Below are positions 31,118-43,223 of a DNA stretch of 64,000 nucleotides, piece after piece; the stretch's first letter is position 1; every line of letters begins with the position of its first letter. The stretch covers positions 128,001 through 192,000 of the forward strand of contig CAVYSY010000026.1 in NCBI GenBank assembly GCA_963771175.1, given 5' to 3'. The notes under the pieces are model-generated. The model made no database searches and was not told the origin of the DNA. It was given only the letters and a program-made list of their open reading frames with translations. The stretch comes from an uncultured delta proteobacterium. GTDB taxonomy: Bacteria; Myxococcota; Myxococcia; Myxococcales; Myxococcaceae. Made by a program: the position numbers and the translations under genes.

Positions 31118-32562
31118 TCAGTCGCGCGCCAGCACCGTCTCGCGGCCCACCTGCTCGACAATCCGGAAGCCGGCCGCCTGGAGCTCGGCGAGGGCTCGGC
31201 CCTCGAAGGTGACGGCGCGGTTGAACCGGGCATCCCGCATGGCCCCCTGGAAGAAGGCATCGCCGGGGTTGTCGCAGGTACCCCAGGGGATGTTCTTGCC
31301 GATGTAGAAGAAGCCCCCGGAGCCCCACAGGCCCTCGTTGACGATGAGCAGCCCGCGGGCGCTGTCGTCCCGGGTGGCCGAGACGATGGCGCGGAACTGG
31401 TCCCCCTTCACGTCCACTGGGGGGAAGTAGTGCCCCGACAGGAGGGTGGCGGCCAGGGCCAGCGCCCCCAGCCCCCAGCGCAGCCGGGCATCCCCTCGCT
31501 CCAGCACGAAGGTGGCCACGAACGGGGCCGCGGCCAGCACCCCCAGTACCAGCCCCGGGTAGAGGAAGCGCTCCTCCTTGTGGGCGGTGGCGGTGATGGC
31601 GGCGAGGTACACCACCGCGCAGAAGAGCGGCAGCGACAGGGCGAATCGCCGACGCAGGGCAAGCAGGCCCAGCGGAACCGCGCCCCAGACCCAGACGGGC
31701 ACCCCCTCGAGGAAGGGCAGCAGGTAGAAGCCAGGGGGAGAGGCGCCGAACTGCCTCGCGGCCTGCCCGGAGAGGACGTTGAAGTCCACGTAGGCGAAGA
31801 AGGAATGGAAGGGCTTGCCCCACGTCGCCTGGTCGAGGGCCCCCAGGCCCAGCGCGACGCCCAGGCCCGCGAGGCAGGTGAAGGCGAGCACCCTCCAGCG
31901 CCGCGCCGCCACCAGCCAGATGAGCGCCGCCAGCACCATCACCGCCGAGCCGTAGCGCACCACCACCGCCAATCCCAGCGCCAGCCCGCCCACCAGGCCC
32001 GCGCGCGTCGGGCGCTCGGTGCGGTCCAACGCCTCCAGGGCCACCACCAGGAAGGCGGTGGACAGGGACTCGCCCAGCGTCCGGCCCGCGAAGATGAGCA
32101 CCGGCCCATAAAGGCCCACGGCGAGGAGGAGAAGAGGCCCCCCGCGCGTCCGGCACGGCGCTCGGCGAAGCGGTAGACAGCCCAGAGCATCCACCCGTGC
32201 AGCGCCGCCTGGGGTACGGCGAGCAGCGCCCGGTACGCCACCGGGTGCGAGAGGCCCAGCAGGTCCGCCAGCTTCAGAAACCCCGCGGCCACTCCCGGCG
32301 CGGCCCAGTTGCGCAGGCCCACGCGCCACTCCCAGGCCAGCACCCCGTAGCCGTGCACGCGGAACCACGCCGGCTCGAGCAGTTGGTACACCTCATCCGG
32401 GTGGATGCGGCCCAGTTGCGCCACCGCGATGACCGCGGGCAGCAGCCCCACCGCGCCCAGCAGCAGCACGAGAGGCCACCTTCGAGGTGCCACGGAGAGT
32501 GGTGGCTCGGGGATGGAGTTGGCGTGCGACGGCGGAGCGGAAATGGGCGCGGGAGCGGTCAT
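31118..32562 (-). CDS. GT-C fold mannosyltransferase (Alg9/PIG-B-like), frameshift near 32140
   Basis: HPDEVYQLLEPA..G..AWEW..GLR, R..ES, HKEERFLYP motifs; multiple TM helices. Confidence 0.82.
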
Positions 32563-32774
32563 CGGAAGGGCCTCGCGACTCTCTCCGTCCTCTCAGGGAA
32601 GCGCAAGCCGTGGGGCGGCTGTCCGCCCGCTCAGCACCGTCTCGGACGCGGAGTGTAAGGACCCGACTCCGGGCGTCCCTTTTCTGGACTCCCAGGCGTG
32701 ACTTGAAAAGTAGAGCGGCCGACGCATGGAAACCGTGCGCCCGCGTGTTCTCCGTGTTTAGATTCACGCCCCCC

Positions 32775-33989
32775 ATGAGCTACCTCGTCCTCGCCCGTAA
32801 ATGGCGCCCGCAGACTTTCGACGACATGACCGGCCAGGAGCACGTGGTCCGGACGGTCGCCAACGCCATCAAGATGAACCGGGTGGCGCACGCCTACCTG
32901 TTCTGCGGCCCCCGCGGCGTCGGCAAGACCACCGCGGCCCGCCTGCTCGCCAAGGCGCTCAACTGCGAGAACGGCCCCACCCCCGAGCCCTGCGGCAAGT
33001 GCCAGGCGTGCACGGAGATCGCCGCGGGCACCTCGGTGGACGTGGCGGAGATCGACGGTGCCTCCAACAACGGCGTGGAGAACGTCCGCGAGATTCGCGA
33101 GAACGCCAAGTACCTGCCGCAGCGCGACCGGCACAAGATCTACATCATCGACGAGGTCCACATGCTCTCGGGGGCCGCGTTCAACGCGCTCCTGAAGACG
33201 CTGGAGGAGCCGCCCGGGCACGTGAAGTTCATCTTCGCCACCACCGAGGCGCACAAGCTCCCGGACACCATCCTCTCGCGCTGCCAGCGCCACAACTTCC
33301 GCCGCATCTCCGCGAAGGTGATGCTCGATCGCCTCAAGTACATCTGCGAGCAGGAGAAGGTGGCCATCTCGGAGCGGGCGCTCTCCATGGTGGTGCGCCA
33401 GTCCGAGGGCGGCATGCGCGACGCGCTCAGCCTCCTGGACCAGATCTTCTCCGCCTGCGGCCCCGATCCCAAGGACGAGGACGTGGCCGATGCGCTGGGC
33501 ACCATCGACCGCACCGTGGTGCAGGACTTCGCCGAGGCGCTGGTGCGCAAGGACGCGAAGCGCGTCCTGGAGCGCGTGGAGGAGGTCTTCAACCGCGGCG
33601 TGGACCTCAAGCGGCTCGCCGAGGAGCTCGCGCTGCAGCTCCGTCACCTCTTCGTGGCCAAGACGCTGGGCGAGGCCCCCGCGGAGCTCGCCGAGTCCGA
33701 GCGCACGGCGCTCGTCACGCTGGCGAAGGACGCGGACTCGGCTCAGATCTCGCGGCTCTTCGACGTGGTGCACGGCTGCGTGTGGGACGTGTCGCGCGCG
33801 GCCCAGCCCCGACTGGCGCTGGAGATGGCGCTGCTCAAGGCCATCCAGCTCTCGCCCGTCGGAGCCATCCCGGACCTCATCGCCCGGGTGGACCGCCTCG
33901 CCGCGGGACTGGGTTCCGATGATGCTCGCAAGGTAGCTGCCGGGGCGCCCGGAGGTCGCTCCGGTCCCGCCAACTTTCGCTCCCACTGA
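32775..33989 (+). CDS. dnaX: DNA polymerase III gamma/tau, domains I-III (404 aa, gamma-sized)
   Basis: MSYLVLARKWRPQ, GPRGVGKTT, Zn cysteines, IIDEVHML, ILSRCQ; stop at 33987-33989. Confidence 0.97.
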   Translation: MSYLVLARKWRPQTFDDMTGQEHVVRTVANAIKMNRVAHAYLFCGPRGVGKTTAARLLAKALNCENGPTPEPCGKCQACTEIAAGTSVDVAEIDGASNNGVENVREIRENAKYLPQRDRHKIYIIDEVHMLSGAAFNALLKTLEEPPGHVKFIFATTEAHKLPDTILSRCQRHNFRRISAKVMLDRLKYICEQEKVAISERALSMVVRQSEGGMRDALSLLDQIFSACGPDPKDEDVADALGTIDRTVVQDFAEALVRKDAKRVLERVEEVFNRGVDLKRLAEELALQLRHLFVAKTLGEAPAELAESERTALVTLAKDADSAQISRLFDVVHGCVWDVSRAAQPRLALEMALLKAIQLSPVGAIPDLIARVDRLAAGLGSDDARKVAAGAPGGRSGPANFRSH

Positions 33990-34776
33990 GCGTCCTCCCG
34001 AGCCCGTCCGCCCTCCCCCCGCGCCCGTCGCGCGCTCGCCCGAGGCCCCCGCGCCCGCGCAGCCCATCGTGCGCGTGACGAACGTGCGCCTGCCGACGCC
34101 CCCGCCCGCCACGGAGGACGAGCGCTTCTTCCCCGAGGAGGGCTCCGCCGAAGGCTGTGCTTCCGGCGAGTGTCTCCCGGACGTGCCGCCCGTCCCTCTC
34201 GCCGAGCCGGAGCCGGAACCGGAAGCCGACTCCGTCCGGCCCTTCGACGTCCACCACGCCTCGGGCGCCGCGGCCCCCATGGCCACCTCGGGACGCGACA
34301 ACCCCCGACGTCCCCTCCAGGACCGGTGGCGCGCGGTGGTGGACACCGTGCGAGCCTCTTCCGGCCGGCACGCCCAGTCGCTCGCCAATGGTCGCCTCCT
34401 CTGGATTCGAGAGGGCGAGGTGGCGGTCGCCTATGTGCCCAAGGACGGCTTCCACAAGCTCATGGTGTCCAGCAACGGGCGCCCCGCCATCGAGAAGGCC
34501 CTCGCCGAGCACTTCGGTCGCCCGACGAAGCTCCTGGTGCAGGATGCGGCCGCGGACGACACCAGCCCCACCGCGGGCCTCATCAGCATCGCCCAGCAGG
34601 ACGCCCAGGAACGCACCGCCTACGAGAAGAGCACCGAGGGACGGGTCCGCAGTCACCCGGCCCTCCGCGCCACACTCAAGTTCCTCGGGGGCGAAATCGA
34701 GCACATCCAGGTGTACGACCAGCCTGCGCGCCCGGTGGCCGCCCCGACGAACGACTCTCCTGACGAGAGCCCCTGA
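33937..34776 (+). CDS. DnaX tau C-terminal region (Pro-rich linker and C-terminal domain) in the +1 frame
   Basis: Frame open from 33937 (after TAG) to 34776; W..VV..V ... IEKALAEHFGRPTKLLV ... HPALRATLKFLGGEI resembles the tau C-terminus; lies between dnaX and ybaB. Confidence 0.75.
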   Translation: MPGRPEVAPVPPTFAPTERPPEPVRPPPAPVARSPEAPAPAQPIVRVTNVRLPTPPPATEDERFFPEEGSAEGCASGECLPDVPPVPLAEPEPEPEADSVRPFDVHHASGAAAPMATSGRDNPRRPLQDRWRAVVDTVRASSGRHAQSLANGRLLWIREGEVAVAYVPKDGFHKLMVSSNGRPAIEKALAEHFGRPTKLLVQDAAADDTSPTAGLISIAQQDAQERTAYEKSTEGRVRSHPALRATLKFLGGEIEHIQVYDQPARPVAAPTNDSPDESP

Positions 34777-34864
34777 CAACCGGCTCGCCCAACGCTAGGG
34801 TGCGCGCTTCGCACTTCATCGAGCGGTCCCCGATGCCCGCTCGCACGCCCTACTGAGGAAGCAC

Positions 34865-35182
34865 ATGCCCGGCATCGATCTGAACTACTTCATCCGTCAG
34901 GCCAACAAGCTCACGGAGAAGATCGAACAGCGTAAGAAGGAACTGGCTGAAGAGACCGTCGAGGCCAAGGCCGGCGACGGCCGCGTCACCGTGGTCGCCA
35001 ACTGCGTCCAGGAGATCAAGAGCATCAAGATCGACAAGTCGCTCGTCGACCCCAACGACCTGGGCATGCTCGAGGACCTGGTCACCGCCGGCGTCAACGC
35101 TGCCCTGGCGAGCAGCCGTGAGAAGATGCAGCGCGAGCTCGGCAAGATTTCCGGCGGCGTGAAGATCCCCGGCATTACTTGA
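34865..35182 (+). CDS. ybaB: YbaB/EbfC nucleoid-associated protein
   Basis: AGDGRVTVVAN..I.ID..D..MLEDLV.AGVN; dnaX-ybaB-recR gene order. Confidence 0.93.
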   Translation: MPGIDLNYFIRQANKLTEKIEQRKKELAEETVEAKAGDGRVTVVANCVQEIKSIKIDKSLVDPNDLGMLEDLVTAGVNAALASSREKMQRELGKISGGVKIPGIT

Positions 35183-35188
35183 TACGGA

Positions 35189-35782
35189 ATGACTCCTGAT
35201 CCGCTCAATCGCCTGGTCGCCCAGCTCGCGAAGCTCCCGGGTATCGGTGAGAAGACCGCGCAGCGGCTGGCGTTCCACATCCTCCGCGCCCCGAGCGAGT
35301 ACGCCTCGGACCTGTCCCAGGCCATCCGCGAGGTGAAGGAGCGGGTGCATTTGTGCACCCGCTGCTTCTCCCTCACTGACACGGAGCTGTGCGGCTTCTG
35401 TCGGGACAACAAGCGCGACGAGCGCGTCCTGTGCGTGGTGGAGACGTACGCGGACCTGATGGCGCTGGAGCGCACCCGCGAGTTCAAGGGGCGCTACCAC
35501 GTGCTGCACGGGGTGCTCTCCCCGCTGGACGGCGTGGGCCCGGAGCAGCTTCGCATCAAGGAGCTGCTGACCCGGCTCGGCGATGGCCACGTCGAGGAGA
35601 TCATCGTCGCCACCAACCCGGACGTGGAGGGCGAGGCCACCGCGCTCTACCTGACGCGCCTGCTCAAGCCCATGGGCATCCGCGTCAGCCGCATCGCCCA
35701 GGGCCTGCCCATGGGCGGTGACCTCGAGTACGCCGACCAGGCCACGCTGGCCAAGGCGCTCAGCGCCCGGCGCGAGCTGTGA
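35189..35782 (+). CDS. recR: Recombination mediator RecR
   Basis: LPGIGEKTAQRLA, C4 zinc finger, YHVLHG.LSP, ATNPDVEGEATA. Confidence 0.97.
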   Translation: MTPDPLNRLVAQLAKLPGIGEKTAQRLAFHILRAPSEYASDLSQAIREVKERVHLCTRCFSLTDTELCGFCRDNKRDERVLCVVETYADLMALERTREFKGRYHVLHGVLSPLDGVGPEQLRIKELLTRLGDGHVEEIIVATNPDVEGEATALYLTRLLKPMGIRVSRIAQGLPMGGDLEYADQATLAKALSARREL

Positions 35783-35791
35783 GGCTCCCGG

Positions 35792-37582
<1,791 letters not shown>

Positions 37583-37592
37583 TCCCAGGGCC

Positions 37593-39554
37593 TCACTTCA
37601 AGGTGCGCACCGTGTACACGTCCGGCGCACCCGATCTGGACAGCTTGAATACGATGAGGGGCGGCTGTCCCGAGGGGGCCACCCAGGTATCGAACCGGTG
37701 CTTCGAGTCGAGCGCCACGCGCTGCCCGTTCACGAGGAGTTGCGAGCCCACCGGGGCCACTCCGGCCACCCGCACCCGAGAACCCGCGCGCTGGCCCTCA
37801 CGGGGAGCGCTGACCACGAGCGTGGGCACCGAGTTGTCGAAGACGAGCTCCAGCTTGTTCATCCGCCCGCCTCGCAGCGGCCGTCCATTGGGCGCCAGCG
37901 GGGTGATGGACCAGAGGAAGTTGCCCTCCTTCAGGACGCCCGCCTCGAGCGGCACCTGCGACGCCGAGGCGGACCGCTCCACCACGGGCTTGCTCAGCGC
38001 CCCCTGCCGGTACACCGCCACCTTGTAGGAGGCCGCGCCCGGCTCCGCCTGACAGGTGAAGGTGACGGCCGGGGGCTTGTCCTGGAAGTAGATGGTCGTC
38101 TTCTCCGGGCCCTCGGGGACGCGGTTGCGCAGCCGGTCCAGCTCGCGCCTCGAGGAGCGCTCGGGACCGAAGGACGCACTGCCCCGGGCCACCTCCGAGC
38201 CATCCGTCCGCCGCACCCGCCAGTACAGCGCGCCTCGCTCGGGGGCCGTCACGTTGACGAAGCCTCCGCGGGCCACCCCCTCCAGCACCGTCCGCTGGAA
38301 GTCGGCATCCGAGGCCACCTCCACCCGCACCTCGCCCGTCTCCTCCCACGTGAGGGCCACCTCCGACCCGCGCCGCAGGAACACCTGCTGGCCCGGCACC
38401 GGGGACAACCCGAGCGGCGCCCGCGCCAGCGCCTCCACCCGCGCGGCGGCCTCGCCCTCCACCTTGGCGCGCTGGCCCGCGCGCAGGGGCTCGCGGGCCT
38501 CACCGCGCACCAGTGTCACGTCTCCGGCGCGCGAGGCCACGGTGAAGCCATCCTCCGTGCGCCGCACGTCGAGCCGGGCCGCGCCCTTGCTCTCCAGCGA
38601 GAGTCCCGGCAGCACCACCCGGCTCGAGCGACCCGGGGCCAGCGTCAGCCCGAGCTCGCCCTTGAGCAGATCCACCCGCGCCTCATCCGTCGAGCCGGCC
38701 TGGGATACGCCCTGCACCACCAGCTCGCCGCCCGAGAGCGAGAGCGTGGACTCCGAGCCCTCCAGCGTCAGCAGCGCCGTGCCCTGGCGCACGCGCACGG
38801 CATCTCCGGCCTTGAGCGCCTCGCCCTTCCGGTCCACCACACGCCACCGGGCACTGCCCTTCTCACGCCACTCCGTGCGGCCCGTCGCGGCGTGCACCGT
38901 CACCTCGACGGACGCCAGCTCCAGCACCCGCGTCGTCACGCCCTCGGCCTTCACCGAGACCGCCTGTCCCTGCGAGGCCCGCACCGACTGCCCGTTCTTC
39001 GCCACCACCTCCACGGAGCCGAGGAGCACCTCCACGCGCCCCTCGTTCTCGCCCACGCCCACCTGCACTTCGCTCTCGCTCGTGCCCACGCGGGTGAGTC
39101 CGAAGGGCGTGAGGATGGTGAGCCGCACCGCCGGGCCCACCTGCTCCCGAGCACCGGACGCGGGCACCCGCGACAGCACGAGGCCCCGCGCCACCTCCAG
39201 CACCACGCCGCTCGCGTCCTCGCCGAGGACAAAGCGCGCATCCGGCCCTACCTCCACCGTGCGCCCGTCGGCGAAGCGCACCGTGACACCGCCGTCCGCC
39301 CCCGTCTCCACCGCGTCCCCACGCCACAGCGGACCCTGGACCGCGGGCTCCAGCTTCCCTCCGCGCTCGAGCCGCACCTCGCCCTTCACCGTCACGAGCT
39401 GCGCGAGCGGAGCCACGCCCGCGTCCACCACCGCCGGCTCCTTCACCACCGCGGAGGGAAGAGGCTGCGCGGAGGGCAACGACTCTTCGTCTCCGCAGGC
39501 GGTCGCCAGCAGCAGGCAGAGCGAGGACATCCAGAGGGGATGAAGGGGGCTCAC
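37593..39554 (-). CDS. FecR-domain lipoprotein
   Basis: Lipobox ATAC; two L..GD.V.TG..G....FADG-type FecR repeats; C-terminal Ig-like domains. Confidence 0.75.
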   Translation of the reverse strand: MSPLHPLWMSSLCLLLATACGDEESLPSAQPLPSAVVKEPAVVDAGVAPLAQLVTVKGEVRLERGGKLEPAVQGPLWRGDAVETGADGGVTVRFADGRTVEVGPDARFVLGEDASGVVLEVARGLVLSRVPASGAREQVGPAVRLTILTPFGLTRVGTSESEVQVGVGENEGRVEVLLGSVEVVAKNGQSVRASQGQAVSVKAEGVTTRVLELASVEVTVHAATGRTEWREKGSARWRVVDRKGEALKAGDAVRVRQGTALLTLEGSESTLSLSGGELVVQGVSQAGSTDEARVDLLKGELGLTLAPGRSSRVVLPGLSLESKGAARLDVRRTEDGFTVASRAGDVTLVRGEAREPLRAGQRAKVEGEAAARVEALARAPLGLSPVPGQQVFLRRGSEVALTWEETGEVRVEVASDADFQRTVLEGVARGGFVNVTAPERGALYWRVRRTDGSEVARGSASFGPERSSRRELDRLRNRVPEGPEKTTIYFQDKPPAVTFTCQAEPGAASYKVAVYRQGALSKPVVERSASASQVPLEAGVLKEGNFLWSITPLAPNGRPLRGGRMNKLELVFDNSVPTLVVSAPREGQRAGSRVRVAGVAPVGSQLLVNGQRVALDSKHRFDTWVAPSGQPPLIVFKLSRSGAPDVYTVRTLK

Positions 39555-41035
39555 CGGGACTTGGGAAAGAGATCGACGTTGAAGATGGTCTGCTCGCCGT
39601 CGTGCACGGTGACGACCTTCGTCTGGGAGAGGTGACCGGGAGCCGAGAAGATAAGACGATACCTACCCTGCTTGAGCTGGACCTGGAAAGCCCCCCGAGC
39701 GTCCGTCCGCCGGCGGATGTTCGCCTCCGGAATGACGAGCCAGGCCTGAAGCGGCTTGCCCTTACGGATGCTGCGCACCTGGCCAGACAGGGTGGCGAGC
39801 GCTCCCTGATTCGCGGAGGCGAGCGACACGGACAGTGGCGTCTCGGCGCCGGCGAGGATGACCACCGCCTCCTGTTCGGAGCGGAAGCCCTCGGCGGATA
39901 TTTTCACCTCCAGCGGCCCCGCCGAGAGTCCCTCCAGGCGCACCACGCCCGTCGCGTCGGTGAGAACCTGGGTGGAACCCATGGTGACGGTCGCCCTCGG
40001 CAGGGGCACCCCACTGCGCGCATCCAGCACGCTCACACGCAAGGTGCCCACCTGGGGCTCCCGGCGCGCCCGCACCACCAGCTCCGCGCGCCCACCGGCC
40101 GTCACCGAAATGCGACCTTCCGCGGGCTCGTAGCCCTCCGCGCTCACGCGGGCGAGCACCTCGCCCGGCGGCAGCATCACATCCGTCAACCGCCCATCCG
40201 TCCCCACCGCGCGCGGCGCCTGCGCCACACCGTCCGCCGTCAGCACCACCTGGGCACCAGGCAGCGCCATCCCGGACTCCGCGTCCACCACCGCGAGCAC
40301 GAGCGCGCCCAGCTCCGACCGCGCGGCGTCAGTTCCTCCGTAGGCGAGCTCGAACCCCACTCCCGCGCGACTGATGTCCTGCCGGGACGTCACCCCCTCG
40401 GCGGTCGTCAGGCTGTCGCGCACATATTGGTAGTCCAGCACCAGGGAGCCACCCCATTCGCCCCGGCGCACCACCGGAAGGAGCAGCGCGGCACCGGCCG
40501 CGAAACCACTGGACGTGGTGCCGATCGCCACGGGCACCTCCCCTCGCACCTCCGCGCGCAGGCGCCAGGGCAGCGGCACGACGACGCGGCCCCCCACCAG
40601 CGCGGCATGGCGCGCCACGGGAACGAGCCGCGCCTGCCCCGGGCCGGAGAAGGTCGGGAGCTGCGCGAAGCCATAGCCGGCGCTCAGCTCGGCGCGCACC
40701 GGCCCCAACGTGAACCGGGCCGCCGGCCCCACCGAGGCCCGCAGCAGTCCACCGCTGGTGACGAGGTCCGTCCCCTTCGAGAGACTGAAGCCCTCGCGCT
40801 GGACGCTGGCCCACGCGCCCCACCAGTTCTCGCCGAACACGGTGGCCCCGAGCGCCAGGTCGTTGGGCGTCATTCCCCCGTAGGACAGCGCCGGTCCGGC
40901 ATCCTGGGCCCCGTCCCGGAAGGCCAGGCCGTAGCGCAGCCGCAGCGCGACCCCCTGGGCGGAGGCGGTGATCGGCCCCCCCAAAGTGAGCACAAGTAGG
41001 AGGAGACGAAAAAAGGGGCGAGGATGGACCAGCAC
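39551..41035 (-). CDS. Secreted protein: beta-barrel-like N-terminus plus three carboxypeptidase-regulatory-like domains
   Basis: Signal peptide ending ASA; amphipathic strands; repeated V.DA.SG..LP.A.V..TD..G..SAEG[YF] modules. Start approximate. Confidence 0.7.
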   Translation of the reverse strand: MLVHPRPFFRLLLLVLTLGGPITASAQGVALRLRYGLAFRDGAQDAGPALSYGGMTPNDLALGATVFGENWWGAWASVQREGFSLSKGTDLVTSGGLLRASVGPAARFTLGPVRAELSAGYGFAQLPTFSGPGQARLVPVARHAALVGGRVVVPLPWRLRAEVRGEVPVAIGTTSSGFAAGAALLLPVVRRGEWGGSLVLDYQYVRDSLTTAEGVTSRQDISRAGVGFELAYGGTDAARSELGALVLAVVDAESGMALPGAQVVLTADGVAQAPRAVGTDGRLTDVMLPPGEVLARVSAEGYEPAEGRISVTAGGRAELVVRARREPQVGTLRVSVLDARSGVPLPRATVTMGSTQVLTDATGVVRLEGLSAGPLEVKISAEGFRSEQEAVVILAGAETPLSVSLASANQGALATLSGQVRSIRKGKPLQAWLVIPEANIRRRTDARGAFQVQLKQGRYRLIFSAPGHLSQTKVVTVHDGEQTIFNVDLFPKSR

Positions 41036-41378
41036 GGCCGGAGTATAGTGAAGACCGGACAAGTCCCCTCGAAACAGGCAGCACCCGGCTGTTCGCGACC
41101 CCTCCATGGAGAGCAATGCCCCCCTTCAGCCCCTCTCGCCCTCCCACACACGGGATGTGGGCAGGCAGCCGATGCGGGCTCGTGCCTGGACGCCAGCCCC
41201 CGGAGCACGGGACTCCACGTCGCGAGGTGGCTTCTTGCCGGGTTGGAAGGGCTTTGCTAAAGCTCCACCGGTCGGGAGCGCCGCACCTAACCTCCGAAAT
41301 TCATTCCGGAAACCTACGGGGAACCCTCGGGGGCCGCGGAAGTACAGGTCGAGCGAACGCTTAGGAGCGTAAACGCCC

Positions 41379-41858
41379 ATGGGCACGCAACTGGTGATGT
41401 ATGAAGAGGAGTTCACCAAGATCAACGCGGTTTGCGACCGGCTGACCAAGGACGCGAACGCGAAGGTGGTGTTCCTCGTCGACAAGAACGGGCAGCTCAT
41501 CTCTTCCGCGGGGCAGACGCAGAACATCGACACCACCTCACTGGCCTCGCTGACGGCCGGTAACGTGGCGGCGATGGGCGGCCTCGCGAAGTTGATTGGC
41601 GAGAACGAGTTCCCCCATCAGTTCCATGAAGGGGCCAAGGACTCGCTCTACATGACCATCGTCGGGAGCCGGGTGGTGCTGGTTGTCATCTTCGACAACC
41701 GCACGAGCCTCGGTCTGGTGCGCCTGCGCATCAAGAAGGCCAGTGACGAGCTCACCAAGATTTTCGAGACCCTGGTCAAGAAAACGGATGGTCCCGGGGC
41801 TGGGTCGCCGTTCGCCGAGATTTCCGACGACGATATCGACAACCTCTTCAGCGAGTAA
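41379..41858 (+). CDS. mglB: Gliding-motility regulator MglB (roadblock GAP)
   Basis: MGTQLVMYEEEF ... SLASLTAGNVAAMGGLA ... TSLGLVRLRI ... DDDIDNLFSE. Confidence 0.98.
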   Translation: MGTQLVMYEEEFTKINAVCDRLTKDANAKVVFLVDKNGQLISSAGQTQNIDTTSLASLTAGNVAAMGGLAKLIGENEFPHQFHEGAKDSLYMTIVGSRVVLVVIFDNRTSLGLVRLRIKKASDELTKIFETLVKKTDGPGAGSPFAEISDDDIDNLFSE

Positions 41859-41869
41859 CCCGGGAAGCC

Positions 41870-42457
41870 ATGTCCTTCATCAACTACTCGTCTCGCGAAA
41901 TCAACTGCAAGATCGTCTACTACGGTCCCGGGTTGTGCGGGAAGACGACGAACCTGCAGTACATCTACAACAAGACCGCCGCGGATACGAAGGGCAAGCT
42001 CATCTCGCTCTCGACCGAGACGGATCGCACGCTCTTCTTCGACTTCCTGCCGCTGTCGCTCGGTGAGATCCGCGGATTCAAGACGCGCTTCCACCTGTAC
42101 ACGGTGCCCGGTCAGGTCTTCTACGACGCCAGCCGCAAGCTCATCCTCAAGGGTGTGGACGGCGTGGTGTTCGTGGCCGACAGCCAGGTCGAGCGCATGG
42201 AGGCCAACATGGAGTCGTTGGAGAACCTCCGCATCAACCTCGCCGAGCAGGGCTACGATCTGAACAAGATCCCCGCCGTGCTCCAGTACAACAAGCGCGA
42301 CCTCCCCAACGCGGTGACGATGGAGGAGATGCACAAGACGCTCAACCCGCGGAACATCCCTGAGTACCAGGCGGTGGCTCCCACGGGCGTGGGAGTGTTC
42401 GATACGCTCAAGGCCGTGGCCAAGCTCGTATTGACGGAGTTGAAGAAGGGCGGCTAA
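41870..42457 (+). CDS. mglA: Ras-like GTPase MglA
   Basis: MSFINYSSREINCKIVYYGPGLCGKTTNL, RTLFFDF, TVPGQ, NKRD. Confidence 0.98.
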   Translation: MSFINYSSREINCKIVYYGPGLCGKTTNLQYIYNKTAADTKGKLISLSTETDRTLFFDFLPLSLGEIRGFKTRFHLYTVPGQVFYDASRKLILKGVDGVVFVADSQVERMEANMESLENLRINLAEQGYDLNKIPAVLQYNKRDLPNAVTMEEMHKTLNPRNIPEYQAVAPTGVGVFDTLKAVAKLVLTELKKGG

Positions 42458-42502
42458 GGACGCAGGGCGGTCCCCTGGTCCGCCCGCAGACGAGGTCGCC
42501 GC

Positions 42503-43213
42503 TTGCGCTTCACTCCCTCCACCCTCCGTCTCCTGGCCCTGATTGGCACGGGCCTGTGGGCCCCCGCGTTCGCGCAGGGGCCCGCTGTCGTTTCCGCGCC
42601 CGCGTCCATGCCCGCGTCCTCGAAGCCCGAGGCCACGCCCACCGCGAAGACGGCCGAGGAGGCCTTCAACACCCGGGTGAGGACGCTGGAGGAGCAGGTC
42701 GTCGACCTCAAGGAGAAGATCTTCCGCTCCAAGGCGCGCCTGCAGCTCCTGCAGGAGACGGTGCTGGGAGGGGACCTGTCCACGGGCTCGCGCGCGGTGC
42801 TCCTCCACCGCAACGAGATGGGCAACTCGTTCGTGCTGGAGTCGGTGGCGTACGCGCTGGACGGCGCCCCCATCTTCACCCGCACGGATGAGAACGAGGA
42901 CCTCTCCAAGCACGAGGAGCTCGAGATCTTCAACGGCCGCATCGTGCCGGGCCAGCACCAGGTGGCCGTGAAGCTCGTCTACCGGGGCCATGGCTACGGG
43001 GTGTTCAGCTACCTCGAGGGCTACCGGTTCAAGGTGCAATCCAGCTACACCTTCAACGCGGAGCCCGGGAAGGTGACGACCGTGCGCGTGGTGGGGTTCG
43101 AGAAGGGCGGGCTGACCGCGGACCTGCAGGATCGTCCAGCGGTGCGCTACGACATCGAGTCGTCGCGTGAATCGGGCAAGAAGCAGCCCGCGGCCCCAGC
43201 CGAGACGAAGTAG
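42503..43213 (+). CDS. Secreted coiled-coil plus beta-sandwich hypothetical protein
   Basis: Signal peptide ending AFA; LEEQVVDLKEKIFRSKARL coiled coil. Confidence 0.75.
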   Translation: MRFTPSTLRLLALIGTGLWAPAFAQGPAVVSAPASMPASSKPEATPTAKTAEEAFNTRVRTLEEQVVDLKEKIFRSKARLQLLQETVLGGDLSTGSRAVLLHRNEMGNSFVLESVAYALDGAPIFTRTDENEDLSKHEELEIFNGRIVPGQHQVAVKLVYRGHGYGVFSYLEGYRFKVQSSYTFNAEPGKVTTVRVVGFEKGGLTADLQDRPAVRYDIESSRESGKKQPAAPAETK

Positions 43214-43223
43214 GGAGTCGCAT

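Noticed and set aside
41243..41260. TGGAAGGGCTTTGCT as a sigma54 promoter for mglBA
   Set aside because: GG-to-GC spacing is one base short and the -24 element is a poor match.
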